From Eledone cirrhosa (Eukaryota): a stretch of 64,000 bases of DNA. Shown here one piece after another: positions 13,449-26,458 of this stretch (its first letter is position 1; each line of letters starts with the position of its first letter). Where the stretch lies: positions 37,014,001 to 37,078,000 of the forward strand of contig OZ024746.1 of NCBI GenBank assembly GCA_964016885.1. Direction: 5' to 3'. The translations under genes were made by a program, and so were the position numbers. The notes below the pieces were generated by a model that made no database searches, was not told the DNA's origin, and worked only from the letters and a program-made list of their open reading frames with translations.

Positions 13449-13599
13449 AGAAGAAGAAGAAGAAGAAGAAGAAGAAGAAGAAGAAGAAGAAGAAGATGAA
13501 GAAGGGAGGAGGACGAGGAGAAGAAGAAGAAGGGAGGAGGATGAGGAGGAATATGAGGAGGAGGAGAGGGAGGAGGAGGAGGCGGAGGAGAAGAAGAAG

Positions 13600-13630
<31 letters not shown>
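13449..13630. repeat. (GAA)n/(GAG)n compound microsatellite
   Basis: Read directly; explains the poly-E/K/S ORFs. Confidence 0.95.
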
Positions 13631-13631
<1 letters not shown>

Positions 13632-14271
13632 TGGGTATTGGCTGTGACTGACGAACGAACACATATTGTACTCTGTGAAGTTAGAAAACACCGCAAAATC
13701 CTGTGTAACCATGTGTAATCATGTGCAACTTACAAAATTGTTCCATGCAATGATGAGTTCACTGTTGTCGGTAAAAGTATCCGAACGTTATATTTGCTGC
13801 TATATAAACTCAAATAAAAACGTGTTATTAATGTTTCTTATTCGTAACGTAAAAGAGAAGGATTGTCTCCGATGTTATAAATATTATGTTTATATTGACA
13901 ACATGGTCATTGGTATTCCTTTTCCGATCATAGAAGTGTTATTTGTTAAAATATATGATAGTAAGCTTCGACATTGTAATTTGTAATATATTTATGGGCA
14001 TCTAAATTTCTATGAGGCATACACGTGCAATCTTCAAATTTAAATGAAATTCGAATGATTTTGTGTTCATATAGAAATAGAATTTTAATGAAATGCATAT
14101 TTATACAAGTTATTCGAATACAAAGGTTTTTATTCTCAAACACTAAATATTTGCATCGTCAGTTATTTATCTCCCATAGTACAAGAATCCTACAAGCCTA
14201 TAATATTTTATGAACAATTATTAGACAGAGTAATATATATATATATATAAATATATATGTTTATATATATA

Positions 14272-14375
<104 letters not shown>

Positions 14376-16158
14376 CATGTGTGTGAATGTGTGTGTGTAG
14401 CAGCAGGCACATTAATCATTAAACAAGACAGTATTCAACAATATATTTTCCGTTCCAATACTGCTAGCCATATCATATATGCGATATTTGACTGGTTGAA
14501 GGAAAATATATGCGCCTTTAACGTAACAATTAGTGATATTGTGCTATTCTCAATTTTGTTTCAATCGCAGAAGTAATGTTGTGAAATAAGTTTCAGAACA
14601 GTTTTGACAGCTTCCAATGCCATATACTATCAGACATCAACATCTGCGCTACGAAAGCAACAACAATAAATACATCAGCTAAGCCTTCAAATTACCAAGT
14701 CTTTACGAGTGGGTTGGAGGCTGGGGTGGAAGGGAAATCACAATCTCTCCCGATGACCATCCTTGTAAACATATATTATGTGATGATATTCCTCAGTAAA
14801 TAATTAGTTAAGAAATGATATAAATCAGATTATAGTTAATAAATATGCATGGTTCTGTCATTTACATGAATATTTACATGTTTCAAAACGTAGTTTCATA
14901 TCATATATCTCCAATCCATTGGCCTGCGCCACCCTAATAAGAAAAATATCCAAAATAGACAAATGTTTCACGAATGAATAAGTTGATTGTGTCACAATAT
15001 TTGGAAGATATAACGTCTGTGCCCAGAAGGAAACAATATCTTAAGATGCTATCTACAAATATGGCATGCTAAAAGAACATATAATGAAGTCTGTATGAAA
15101 TATAGTATTTTCATAATTATAGAAGATAGTTTTGGAGATGAATACAGACTTGCTTTATATCATAATGCATTTGACGATAGATTAACAAAAAAAAAACAAA
15201 AAAAAATGCTTTCATGTAGGCGTTTCCAAAACAAACTCTTTTACGTGTTAGGTCTCTTGGAAATATGTTTCGACGAAATCAGATACACCATTCCTCTAAA
15301 TATATAATATATAAAAACAAATCTTAATTCCAACCACAATTATCGATGCATTTGTTTAGGGTTGTATATATCTAATTGAAACACGAGGGATGTTGCAAAA
15401 TATAGGGTACACTTTGCGTCCTTTTAGGCAGGTGTCTGAAAACATATTTATATACAAACAATTATAAAATTCTGAGATATTTTTTAAGATAAAACGTGAA
15501 ATATAAAATGTGCATTCCAAATTCAAGCAGGCCTATCCTTATAAGGAAGATTTAAATGATTAAAGGTAAAAAGAAATAGTCTCTCCATAAAAGCAAACAT
15601 ATTCACATATTGATTTATGAAATCAATACACTGGTGTTGTATATTCTCCCTATGATCAGCGTTTAAATACGCATGTACAGCATTCACATTGCACTGGTCT
15701 ACCTTTTATTCACTTTCATGTAGTATTGACTTGGATTTTGCAGTATTCAAATTCAAAGAAATGTTTAATTTCTGGCAGACCTATGCTACCTGCATATTAA
15801 TGTAGTGGGTGATCGGTACACGATAAGAAATGTGATGTAAAACATTTGGTACTGCGATCCAGTTAGATTCTAGGATTAATTCGTTTATAGTTACTATAAT
15901 TCTTAATGCCGTTGGCAAAACACTAAAGTAAAGATCCTAGTCTAATGGAAAAGAAATATTTTCGGATTATTTAAGTGCAGCGAGATTTGAAAAATGTGTG
16001 CAGTGTCGAAAGAGATTAGTTTCGTAAACGTATTTGCAACAGATACACATATATATATACCTACAAGCAGAATTTGACACACTTATGCTTACACACAGGT
16101 ATATATGTGTTTATAACTTTCTAAATTGAAAAGTTTAAATTATCTGCATGTCTATCAA

Positions 16159-16279
<121 letters not shown>

Positions 16280-16298
16280 CACTCCCTCTCCCCCTATA

Positions 16299-16369
<71 letters not shown>

Positions 16370-16375
<6 letters not shown>

Positions 16376-16505
16376 ATACTTGTTGTAATAATATTACCAG
16401 AAATAATAAAAGAACACACTCACTGTTTGGTTGGTTTTTGCTTCTGTATCTGTTATATCTCCATAGTTAATTCATTCTGCCATCAATGTTTATCATTGAC
16501 TGACC
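16370..16505 (+). repeat. Unclassified interspersed repeat (second copy 42470-42606)
   Basis: Both copies share CACTCACTGTTT..GCTTCTGTATCT.TTATATCTCCA.AGTTAATT..ATCAATGTTTATCATTGA and start at (TA)n. Confidence 0.7.
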
Positions 16506-16843
16506 AACCGGCCCGATTCTTCACTCACACTACGCTAACCCATGGCCACCAAATACCTGATACTCAAAAACTCAGCAATGTCCAGTAGTGCTAAGTTTAA
16601 TATTCTGATCGCATACTTGGTACGAGTAATGAACAACGTGGCCCGCATGTATATATATTTTGTATATATATATATATATATATACAAAAGAAATAAGATG
16701 TCCCTTCAAGCAAAACTTTATTCAAATATGTATAGAAATTTCGTATTTCTAAAGAAACACGGTTTCAGGAACTCGTAGCTATACAAACTCCGGGGCTACC
16801 GCCCTCTGGTTGTGTCCAACAGAAGCAAGGGGGACAACCGTGA

Positions 16844-16953
16844 TTTGTTCTCAGCCGGCGAGCGGGTTCCAATGCATTATTAGTGTTGATATATATATAT
16901 ATATATATCAACACTACTAATGCATTGGAACCCGCTCGCCGGCTGAGAACAAA
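16844..16953. repeat. 46-bp inverted repeat centred on a (TA)n tract
   Basis: TTTGTTCTCAGCCGGCGAGCGGGTTCCAATGCATTATTAGTGTTGA, then (TA)n, then its reverse complement with one mismatch. Confidence 0.9.
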
Positions 16954-16954
16954 A

Positions 16955-17296
16955 TACCTGTTGACGAAATGTCAGCCTTGTTCGATCGTTATACCAAAGG
17001 CTTACAATGAAAGTAGGCAGTATAATTGTTGTAGGTGGTCACAGAAAGCTCCCACTGGATTATACCATCAATTTGCAGGAGGTCCACGTAAATTATTTTG
17101 TTGACCTGTTTAGCTTGCTTCTTTTTTTGGCGGCTCCACTGACCGATAGCTTCATGACCGCCATTTTCAATTTGTCTGGCCTATATAACGTATGTTAATT
17201 GATCTGGTCTTCTTTTACTCCATTGAGCGCTTGCCGCATATCTCGAAAATGGCGTTTCACTTTGTTTTTGACCATTGCCGAAATACGATCTCGCTG

Positions 17297-17300
<4 letters not shown>
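16955..17300. repeat. Unclassified interspersed repeat, diverged paralogue at 60605-60957
   Basis: Shared blocks CCTGTTGA, TTGTTCGATC.TTATACCAAA.GCTTA, TTGACC.GTTTAGCTTG, GAGCGCTTG and CGAAAT.CGAT..TCGCT.AA adjacent to (TA)n. Confidence 0.65.
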
Positions 17301-17336
<36 letters not shown>

Positions 17337-17521
17337 CATAAACGGAGATATATAAACGCTATTAGCGATACTCCGACCAATCTCCAACTCACTCAACAAA
17401 AATTAGGAAATACCGGAGTATATTCCTAATTAAACGTTCGGGGTGCTAACTATATTGTACTGTGTGGATAATTGGGTGTATTATTTTATATGAGATATAA
17501 AATAATATATGAGATATAAAA

Positions 17522-17712
17522 CGGCGGTAAATTGGCAGTATCGGTAGAGGGTTGAACGCCATGCTTTCTAGCGCAGTTACGTCCCTTTACAGTCTGAGTT
17601 CAAATCCAGCCGAGGTTAACTTTGCCTTTCATCATTACGGGATAGATAAAATAAAGTACCAATAATGTACTGGGTAATTGCTGGCCTTGTGCCTAAAGTA
17701 GAAACAATTATT
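17522..17712 (+). mobile_element. tRNA-derived Meta-like SINE with 14-bp TSD ATATATGAGATATA
   Basis: Family motifs present; TSD at 17505-17518 and 17713-17726. Confidence 0.88.
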
Positions 17713-17813
17713 ATATATGAGATATATTAAAAATATCATTCCCCAAACGATCGTTTCATTATAAGATGTCTACATGGTGGGTGAAATAATACCAAGTTAT
17801 GTGAAATTATACT

Positions 17814-17883
<70 letters not shown>

Positions 17884-18061
17884 GCCAATCATTGTATCAT
17901 TGTAGGTTGGAATCTAACTGACATTCAAATCATATATATGTATAAGGATTCAAATATCACAGAGAGAAATGAGAAGTGTTGTGGGTGAGATGCAACAGAA
18001 ATGAAACATGGATTACAGTTTAAAATTTTGTTTAAATAGATGAGAATCAAAACGAGGATGT

Positions 18062-18732
18062 AGTTACTCGTAAAAGTACGGGTCGGAGGCGGAACCGCCT
18101 AGACGGCGGATTGGATTTCTTTCCGCGATCGAAGCGGGAAGGCGTGGACGAATAAAGGAACGTTTGCCGGGTTCGAGGTGAAAGACGGAAGGCGTCGTGT
18201 CGCGTCGGGGAACTTCGCCTCGCGTCGCGTACACACGCCGTCTTGCCGTCTGTCTTTCCCGGCAGCTACTCGTAAAAGTACGGGTCGGCAGCGGAACCGC
18301 CTAGCCGGCGGATTGGATTTCTTTCCGCGTTCGAATCGGGAAGGCGTGGACGAATAAAGGAACGTTTGCCGGGTTCGAGGCGGAAGACGGAAGGCGTCGT
18401 GTCGCGTCGGGGAACTTCGCCTCGCTTCGCGTATACACGCCGTCTTGCCGTCTGTCTTTCCCGGCAGCTACTCGTAAAAGTACGGGTCGGAGGCGGAACT
18501 GCCTAGACGGCGGATTGGATTTCTTTCCGCGATCGAAGCGGGAAGGCGTGGACGAATAAAGGAACGTTTGCCGGGTTCGAGGCGGAAGACGGAAGGCGTC
18601 GTGTCACGTCGGGGAACTTCGCCTCGCTTCGCGTATACATGCCGTCTTGCCCCCTGTCTTTCCCGGCAGCTACTTGTAAAAGTACGGGTCGGCGGCGGAA
18701 ACGCCTAGCCGGCGGAATGGATTTCTTTCCGC
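18062..18732. repeat. GC/CpG-rich 202-bp tandem repeat, about 3.3 copies
   Basis: TACTCGTAAAAG recurs at 18065, 18267, 18469 and 18671 (one substitution in the last). Confidence 0.95.
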
Positions 18733-19000
18733 CGTCTACACGGGGCCTCCCCGAAGGAAGCAAGTTGGCGGCGTGTTGTCGTCGCGTCGACCAACCTACA
18801 ACACGCCGCCGTCCGGGCGTCGACATCGGCTGGATTCCCCTGCAGCCACACGGGTCAGGGGCGGCCAACTGGGCACGCCTTAACGGCGGAACACGCATCG
18901 GAGGAACACCAATGTGATTTATAAGTCTACCTTAAGGAGGAGCAATAACAATAAGAAAGACATGCAAACGCCACGACATTTTGTTTTTAACATTTTGAAA
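18733..19000 (-). mobile_element. Possible LTR end with PBS-like site
   Basis: Minus strand reads ...ATCACA-T-TGGTGTTCCTCCGATGCG, a CA end followed by TGG. There is a sharp GC-to-AT switch at ~18913. Confidence 0.35.
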
Positions 19001-19499
19001 GTATGGATCTTCAATTAGTTTTCGTAGCAGTCTCAGTTGCCTAGCTGTAGATACTAGAGACGGTCGAGAACATGGCATTGGGTACAATCCTGATCAAGAG
19101 GTACATGTAATCTTTTCCAGTTGTTTATTTTATATCCCATAAGAAAAAAAAAACTGAAAAGGTTTACCGCAACCCTACTCCCAATCAGGATCGAACTTCA
19201 AACCAGGATTATCACCGTCTACGATTCTTCCAAATATACTACCGAGGATGCTACGGATGGATAACAAGAATTGATAACTATAAACCTACTTTCAAAATCA
19301 ATGTTAAAATGATATGGTGTCGTTCATATTTTGTCATATTTTGTTTCGACTTGTCAACCTTCCGAATCTTTGGTAACAACCTTTTATTTCTATGTCTGTT
19401 TAACTATTGAATGTATTTAATTTGATTACTTTAACAAACAAATTATATATATAGTAAAATCGAAGTTATGCCAGTCGGCCAAACCCACTCAGTAACAAT

Positions 19500-20130
19500 T
19501 CGGATTTGCACGAAGCACTCAATAAGAAAGTATCTTGTGTCAATTGAGGCGTGTGTGATATTGCAGAATCTTGTTGAAAGACATAAAGCCTTCCATTGTA
19601 TACACTGTTGATCCAAGGCTTAACAACTTTATCCAGAACCGTAATATACGCAGCAACATTCACCCTAAGGCCTGCTGGCAAAATTTGAAGTGGCATCACA
19701 TGTCCTTCATTGCTAACAACACACAAAACCATGGCACTTGCTAGAAATTGTGTGTGCATGACACGTGAAGCCTCAAAAGTGTCTGAACATAGCCATATGT
19801 CATTTCTTCTGTTAGTTTTCTGGTCCTGGTCAAAGATTTTCTCTGAGAAAAATCAAATCACACCATCTCCTGATGGATTTTTAAGTTTAATCAAAAGTCT
19901 TTTGTATCTGATTAAACGTTTTTCTTTTGTTTTTTCTGATATGAATTGACCTCTCCTTATCACGTAATATTTGTATCTGATGTCTTCATGCACAACATTT
20001 GTTGATTATTTATTCTGACACAGCAATTTCTTTCTCAATTGACTTCATTCATTATCCTGGATTGTCATCATCGTATTTCTTAACTTCCTGAATAAATTCA
20101 GGTGTCCCGGTAGAATAAGGGCGATTGGAA
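19500..20130 (-). pseudogene. Tc1/mariner superfamily transposase relic, DD37D (maT)-like
   Basis: HTQFLASAMVLCVVSNEGHVMP..GLRVNVAAYITVLDKVVKPWINSVYNGRLYVFQQDSA. Confidence 0.85.
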
Positions 20131-22234
20131 TGTTATTTTTACGTTTACAAACATATAGGGCTACCTATATATCTATCTATACGCCCATCTCTCTTTCTCT
20201 GTGTATATATTTATATATTTGCCAGCGTGTGTGTATTGAGTCTGTGGTGCTGAGAGCGGGGAAACCACTAATCTTGGGGGTACAGAATGCATTGGGGGAT
20301 CCGCAACAGGTATAGGGATATGTGAAATCACGAGCGAGGCGCAAGGTGGTTTCAAAGTGGCAACGCTGTCTGGATTTTACATCTCTCGCTCTAAAAAATA
20401 TATATATATATATTTGTGTGTATCTATGTTTGTATGTGTATGTGTATGTGTATGTGTGTGTATGTATGTGCATGTATGTGTGTGAGGGTGCGTGTGTAAT
20501 TTTATGTTGCACCTTATGCATTGAGTTTCGATCAACAGGTAGGACTTCTACGGCTTGTCTGAAGATCCCTGTTTTCACTTTCCTCCATACAGATTCCAGC
20601 TCTCAAACACACGCATGCAATCACAGACAAACACCCTCTCACACATCACATATACCACTTTATAAATATGTATAGAGAGATATATACGTGTGTGTGTGTC
20701 TATATGTGCTAGCATGTCTGAGTGTGTATATGTATGTTTGTGTGATCCATCACCATTATTGGACATGTAGATTTATGTTGAATGAAAAATAGACATTACA
20801 AGGAGATGCACAACGCAAATTCAGTGAGAGAGTGTACAACTGTTGCATATATTGACTCTATTCGGGAACGTAGTATTTGGTTGATTATAATTACTGAGAT
20901 GAAGTATTCCCACGGGAGCAAGGTTCTAAAATAGGTGTGTGCTGATGCGGGGGTTGTCATTGTTTATTCCAATAATCCTGAAATTCAGAAATAAAACCCC
21001 AAATCATAAAGATGTTTTTGCTGCATTTTGTGAATAATTACTTTATTTTCTTTTACCAGTGTTTGGTTTTCAATACAGGATAGTTATTAAGTTGTTTTAT
21101 TGTTAGATAAAATACAACACATTTGCCAATTTGTTACTTAGAGATGTAGAAAAACAACGGTATACTAGAGATGCTTACGACTAAAATGTGGATTTTTAGT
21201 CTGCATGAATAGAGAGCAATAGCATTGGTTTAGGGGTAGGTATATAAGTATCAACGTTTATAGAAATATATTCCTATGTATATCGGTTTATGAGTGCATT
21301 ATGCTTTTATTCTATATGCATGTATATATTATGTTTGGCAGTTATTTATATGTTTGTGTACATTTGGCTTTCATAAATACGTTAATTAAGCTAAGCTGAT
21401 TTATATGCATCATAATGATGTCGTCTAATTTTGGGAGAGTATGAAGAGGTTTGTTCTATCTGAATAATGAATTCGGTGAAAATATTTATGTAATAACTCA
21501 GGAATTATTAACTTCGATGAATTACGTTCATATTAAATTTTCCTTTGCCGACAGATAGATATGTCGAAATATAGTAAGGAAAATGCTTCAACATATTTGA
21601 ATCTGGTGCCCGTACATACAGGGCAATATTATAATTATTGTGCAAGAATAAATACAGAGGTGAATGAAGTAACACTGCTTACATGAATGTTTATTGCATG
21701 TTTCGTCGTAAGGTTCCTGAAAAACATCTTGCGGAAACATTTGTTAATAACGAATAATGCCAATCCCATAATGTCTATGTAGGTGACGCACTAGCATATA
21801 CTATTGTTACACTCAGACATGCCACATATTCAATAAGCATTATGTTCGAACTATTACACCTATATCAATCATTTTCTTCACATTAGGGTATTAATGTATA
21901 GAAATGGATTTAATTACTGGGATGAAGATTTCAGTTATCTATAAAATATTTAGCCTCCTGTATTAATTCCTTTTGTTGGCAAGAATCAACCACGACCTTC
22001 TTGTGAGTGCTATTCTAAATTCCTAATAGATTCTGATGCTTTATCTTATTAACGGCGATACTTAATGTAAATGTAAAAATGTATTCCCACGGATTATTCC
22101 ATAAATTGAAAATACCGAAGTCAACACGGCCTCTCAGTTATTATATGATCTTTTCTTAGTCTCTTCCAGCATCGCATTTTCGTTATTATTTTCAGTTTCT
22201 ACACAAGCATATGCATACACTCACATACTTACAA

Positions 22235-22312
<78 letters not shown>

Positions 22313-22676
22313 TTATATATATATACACGTCCATGCCTTCATACATACATAAATACATATAAACAGATAAACATATAAACATGCATACATAAATGTATAC
22401 ATACAACGAACACGCACATATATGCGTATATATGTGTGTGTATGTTAGTGTGTAACTTCCAAAAAGTTTCGTTTGTGTAAATATCAACTAAATTTCAAAT
22501 AGAAGTAATATAATTCAGATTAGGGAAGAATACCGCATTAAATATTGGTGGTTTGACAAGAGACATGTAATCTTGTCAGTGAGTCTACACAAGTTCAAAT
22601 TTCGCCCCAGTCTTCACTTTCCTAAATACTATGTATATCATTTGATTTTTATTAGAAAACCAGACTCACGTTTCTC

Positions 22677-22721
<45 letters not shown>

Positions 22722-24547
22722 GCGTGTGTGTGCGTGTATGTGTGTGTGTGTGTTTGTCTATAGTTGGCGTTTACAAGTGTGAGGGAAAATTGTGAAAACC
22801 GCTTTAGAATGTATTGTATATTTAATATATAGCTGATAACATATACTGATATATACTCCAGTCATATATATGGCTACGATCGTATATATAAGGCTTATGA
22901 TTATTCCTTTGGTGTAAGTGCCTATCACACATACTATATTATGTGTTTAAATTGCTTTTCATTTCACCTGATGTGTTTACGTATAATTTTTTCGTAGTTA
23001 TACAAGTATTCTGGACTGAAAGTCTACCGGAAAAGAATAGCTAGTTGATTTACCTGAAACGCTTTGGTCTTTACAAGAACACCATTGTCTTTACCCGGCA
23101 GTAACATTCTATAGAAATATAATGTTGAGTTTCCAGCAATCACACTGAGGGCTGTGATCGCTTTGAGATATTCCTGATGCCAAGCGCTTTCTCTCGATTT
23201 TCGCATGACACGGGACTGCAGATCTCTCAAGGAGACAAGCTGTTTAGATCTGCGTCTAACAAACTGTGATCACATTTGTTCAACAGATGGTGTAGGCTGA
23301 ACGGATGTTTGCGCATCATCAGCCACGTCAAGCCCAGCCCTCCAATTAACGGTTGTTGGCACTAAATGGACAGGTTGATCATCTAGCCCACAATAAGGCA
23401 GTCCCGATGAGAAAAATTGATTAAAGGAAATCATCCAGATATAATAATCAAGAACTGAATAAAGTAAATCAATAATCTAAGTGATAAAAAATAATATTAC
23501 CCAACAGAAATAAAGAAGCTCTCGAAAATCAAGGATCTTTAAATTTAAGCGTCAATAACAGCACTTGGATACCTCAAATGTGAAGTCCATGTCTAGTATT
23601 GCCGCTGTTCCGAGAGCAGTAATAGCGAGTGAACCGTGACCGAATGTAAGTTATATTGTTTTTTTTCCTCAGAGAAACGAGGTATTCTTACTAGAGCAAC
23701 ATTTGAGCGTGAGGATGTGAATTGCTGTACAAACATATTGTTTGTTATCGTTGAGGATGGAGAATATCACAAAGTGCTAGAAATACTGGGAAAACAAAGG
23801 TCAAGATCAAAAGTGCAACAAAAATTTAAGTTGCAGATTAGTAGTTGGATACCTTTAACTACAAACTGTTAGGTTCCAGAATTAAACAAACCTTTATTTT
23901 AAGTGAATACGACAGCATATGATTATTTTATAAATGCTGACAATAAAAGAGGAACAATTATATTATCTATGGAGAATGGTATGGAGGGGTACACGTTTTT
24001 ACTTGATCAATGAAAAACACATCAGTAGTGTATTGGCACGTTCTGAAACATGGCTTAGATGTTGTGGTTTTCCTCACGGTGAAAAGAGAAAAGAAACAAC
24101 TTCGGGGTATAATAGCTGTAGAAATATTTGGATTGGAAGAAAATGACGTTCGCTAAGTTCCTTTTTCTTGTTAGACTATCTTTCTATCCATCTGCTCGTT
24201 TTCCTCCAGAAGTCCATCTTCATCGTTTTCATCCCAATTTTCTCCTCCCCACCTCTTCCCTTCTCTCTCTCTATAACCCTGTCATTTTTCACCTCATTCA
24301 TTTATTCTCCTCATCCTCATCTCTCCCACTCTTCGTTCTATTTAAGGTTATAACTTGAGACCTCAAAACAGTTACTATGCAAATACTATTCAGCTTATAC
24401 GGCTACCTTTCACATTGAAAATACTCCTCTATGTATTGGTAAAATGAGTCGCACATTATATAACAAACAACACAAAATAATTATTCCATTACCAAGATTT
24501 TAAGAAACCAAACGTCCAACAAATACTTCAGATGAAATATATATATA

Positions 24548-24702
<155 letters not shown>

Positions 24703-24851
24703 GTATATATATATATATATATATATATGAATATAGACATAGAATATTCGAAAATATTCTGTATGTTTATAATAAACATTTTGAAGACCTAATCGCTATA
24801 GAATAGAATACGTCACGTATTACAATTAGATTCTCGACAAAAGCAAGGGAA

Positions 24852-24894
24852 GTAATCTACGCGTTTCATTCTTATTAGAAATCTTCAGGACTAC
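24852..24894 (-). ncRNA. Type I hammerhead ribozyme (also 25162-25204, 25472-25514, 25782-25824, 26092-26134)
   Basis: Reverse complement of the HHR at 26416-26458. Confidence 0.9.
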
Positions 24895-26415
24895 ATATCC
24901 AGTGCTTTTATCGAGAATGACACAGCTAGAGACTTATAGAATACTTAGCTGTGTACAGGAACTGGTTTGAAAGAGCGGTTGCCGGTCCGGCAGAAATTAG
25001 AAATTGGAATAAATGCTCTGAAATAGCGATATATATGTGAATATAGACATAGAATATTCGAAAATATTCTGTATGTTTATAATAAACATTTTGAAGACCT
25101 AATCGCTATAGAATAGAATACGTCACGTATTACAATTAGATTCTCGACAAAAGCAAGGGAAGTAATCTACGCGTTTCATTCTTATTAGAAATCTTCAGGA
25201 CTACATATCCAGTGCTTTTATCGAGAATGACACAGCTAGAGACTTATAGAATACTTAGCTGTGTACAGGAACTGGTTTGAAAGAGCGGTTGCCGGTCCGG
25301 CAGAAATTAGAAATTGGAATAAATGCTCTGAAATAGCGATATATATGTGAATATAGACATAGAATATTCGAAAATATTCTGTATGTTTATAATAAACATT
25401 TTGAAGACCTAATCGCTATAGAATAGAATACGTCACGTATTACAATTAGATTCTCGACAAAAGCAAGGGAAGTAATCTACGCGTTTCATTCTTATTAGAA
25501 ATCTTCAGGACTACATATCCAGTGCTTTTATCGAGAATGACACAGCTAGAGACTTATAGAATACTTAGCTGTGTACAGGAACTGGTTTGAAAGATCGGTT
25601 GCCGGTCCGGCAGAAATTAGAAATTGGAATAAATGCTCTGAAATAGCGATATATATGTGAATATAGACATAGAATATTCGAAAATATTCTGTATGTTTAT
25701 AATAAACATTTTGAAGACCTAATCGCTATAGAATAGAATACGTCACGTATTACAATTAGATTCTCGACAAAAGCAAGGGAAGTAATCTACGCGTTTCATT
25801 CTTATTAGAAATCTTCAGGACTACATATCCAGTGCTTTTATCGAGAATGACACAGCTAGAGACTTATAGAATACTTAGCTGTGTACAGGAACTGGTTTGA
25901 AAGAGCGGTTGCCGGTCCGGCAGAAATTAGAAATTGGAATAAATGCTCTGAAATAGCGATATATATGTGAATATAGACATAGAATATTCGAAAATATTCT
26001 GTATGTTTATAATAAACATTTTGAAGACCTAATCGCTATAGAATAGAATACGTCACGTATTACAATTAGATTCTCGACAAAAGCAAGGGAAGTAATCTAC
26101 GCGTTTCATTCTTATTAGAAATCTTCAGGACTACATATCCAGTGCTTTTATCGAGAATGACACAGCTAGAGACTTATAGAATACTTAGCTGTGTACAGGA
26201 ACTGGTTTGAAAGAGCGGTTGCCGGTCCGGCAGAAATTAGAAATTGGAATAAATGCTCTATGTCTATATTCACATATATATCGCTATTTCAGAGCATTTA
26301 TTCCAATTTCTAATTTCTGCCGGACCGGCAACCGCTCTTTCAAACCAGTTCCTGTACACAGCTAAGTATTCTATAAGTCTCTAGCTGTGTCATTCTCGAT
26401 AAAAGCACTGGATAT

Positions 26416-26458
26416 GTAGTCCTGAAGATTTCTAATAAGAATGAAACGCGTAGATTAC
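26416..26458 (+). ncRNA. Type I hammerhead ribozyme (also 26726-26768, 27036-27078, 27346-27388); predicted cleavage after GUA at 26452
   Basis: GTAGTC-CTGAAGA-T-TTCT-AATA-AGAA-T-GAAA-CGCG-TA-GATTAC. Stem I is extended by TTCTCGATAAAAGCA (26393-26407) pairing with TGCTTTTGTCGAGAA (26465-26479). Confidence 0.92.

Noticed and set aside
18503-18917. GC-rich ORFs on both strands
   Set aside because: They are by-products of high GC in a 202-bp repeat whose period breaks frame; no recognisable motifs.
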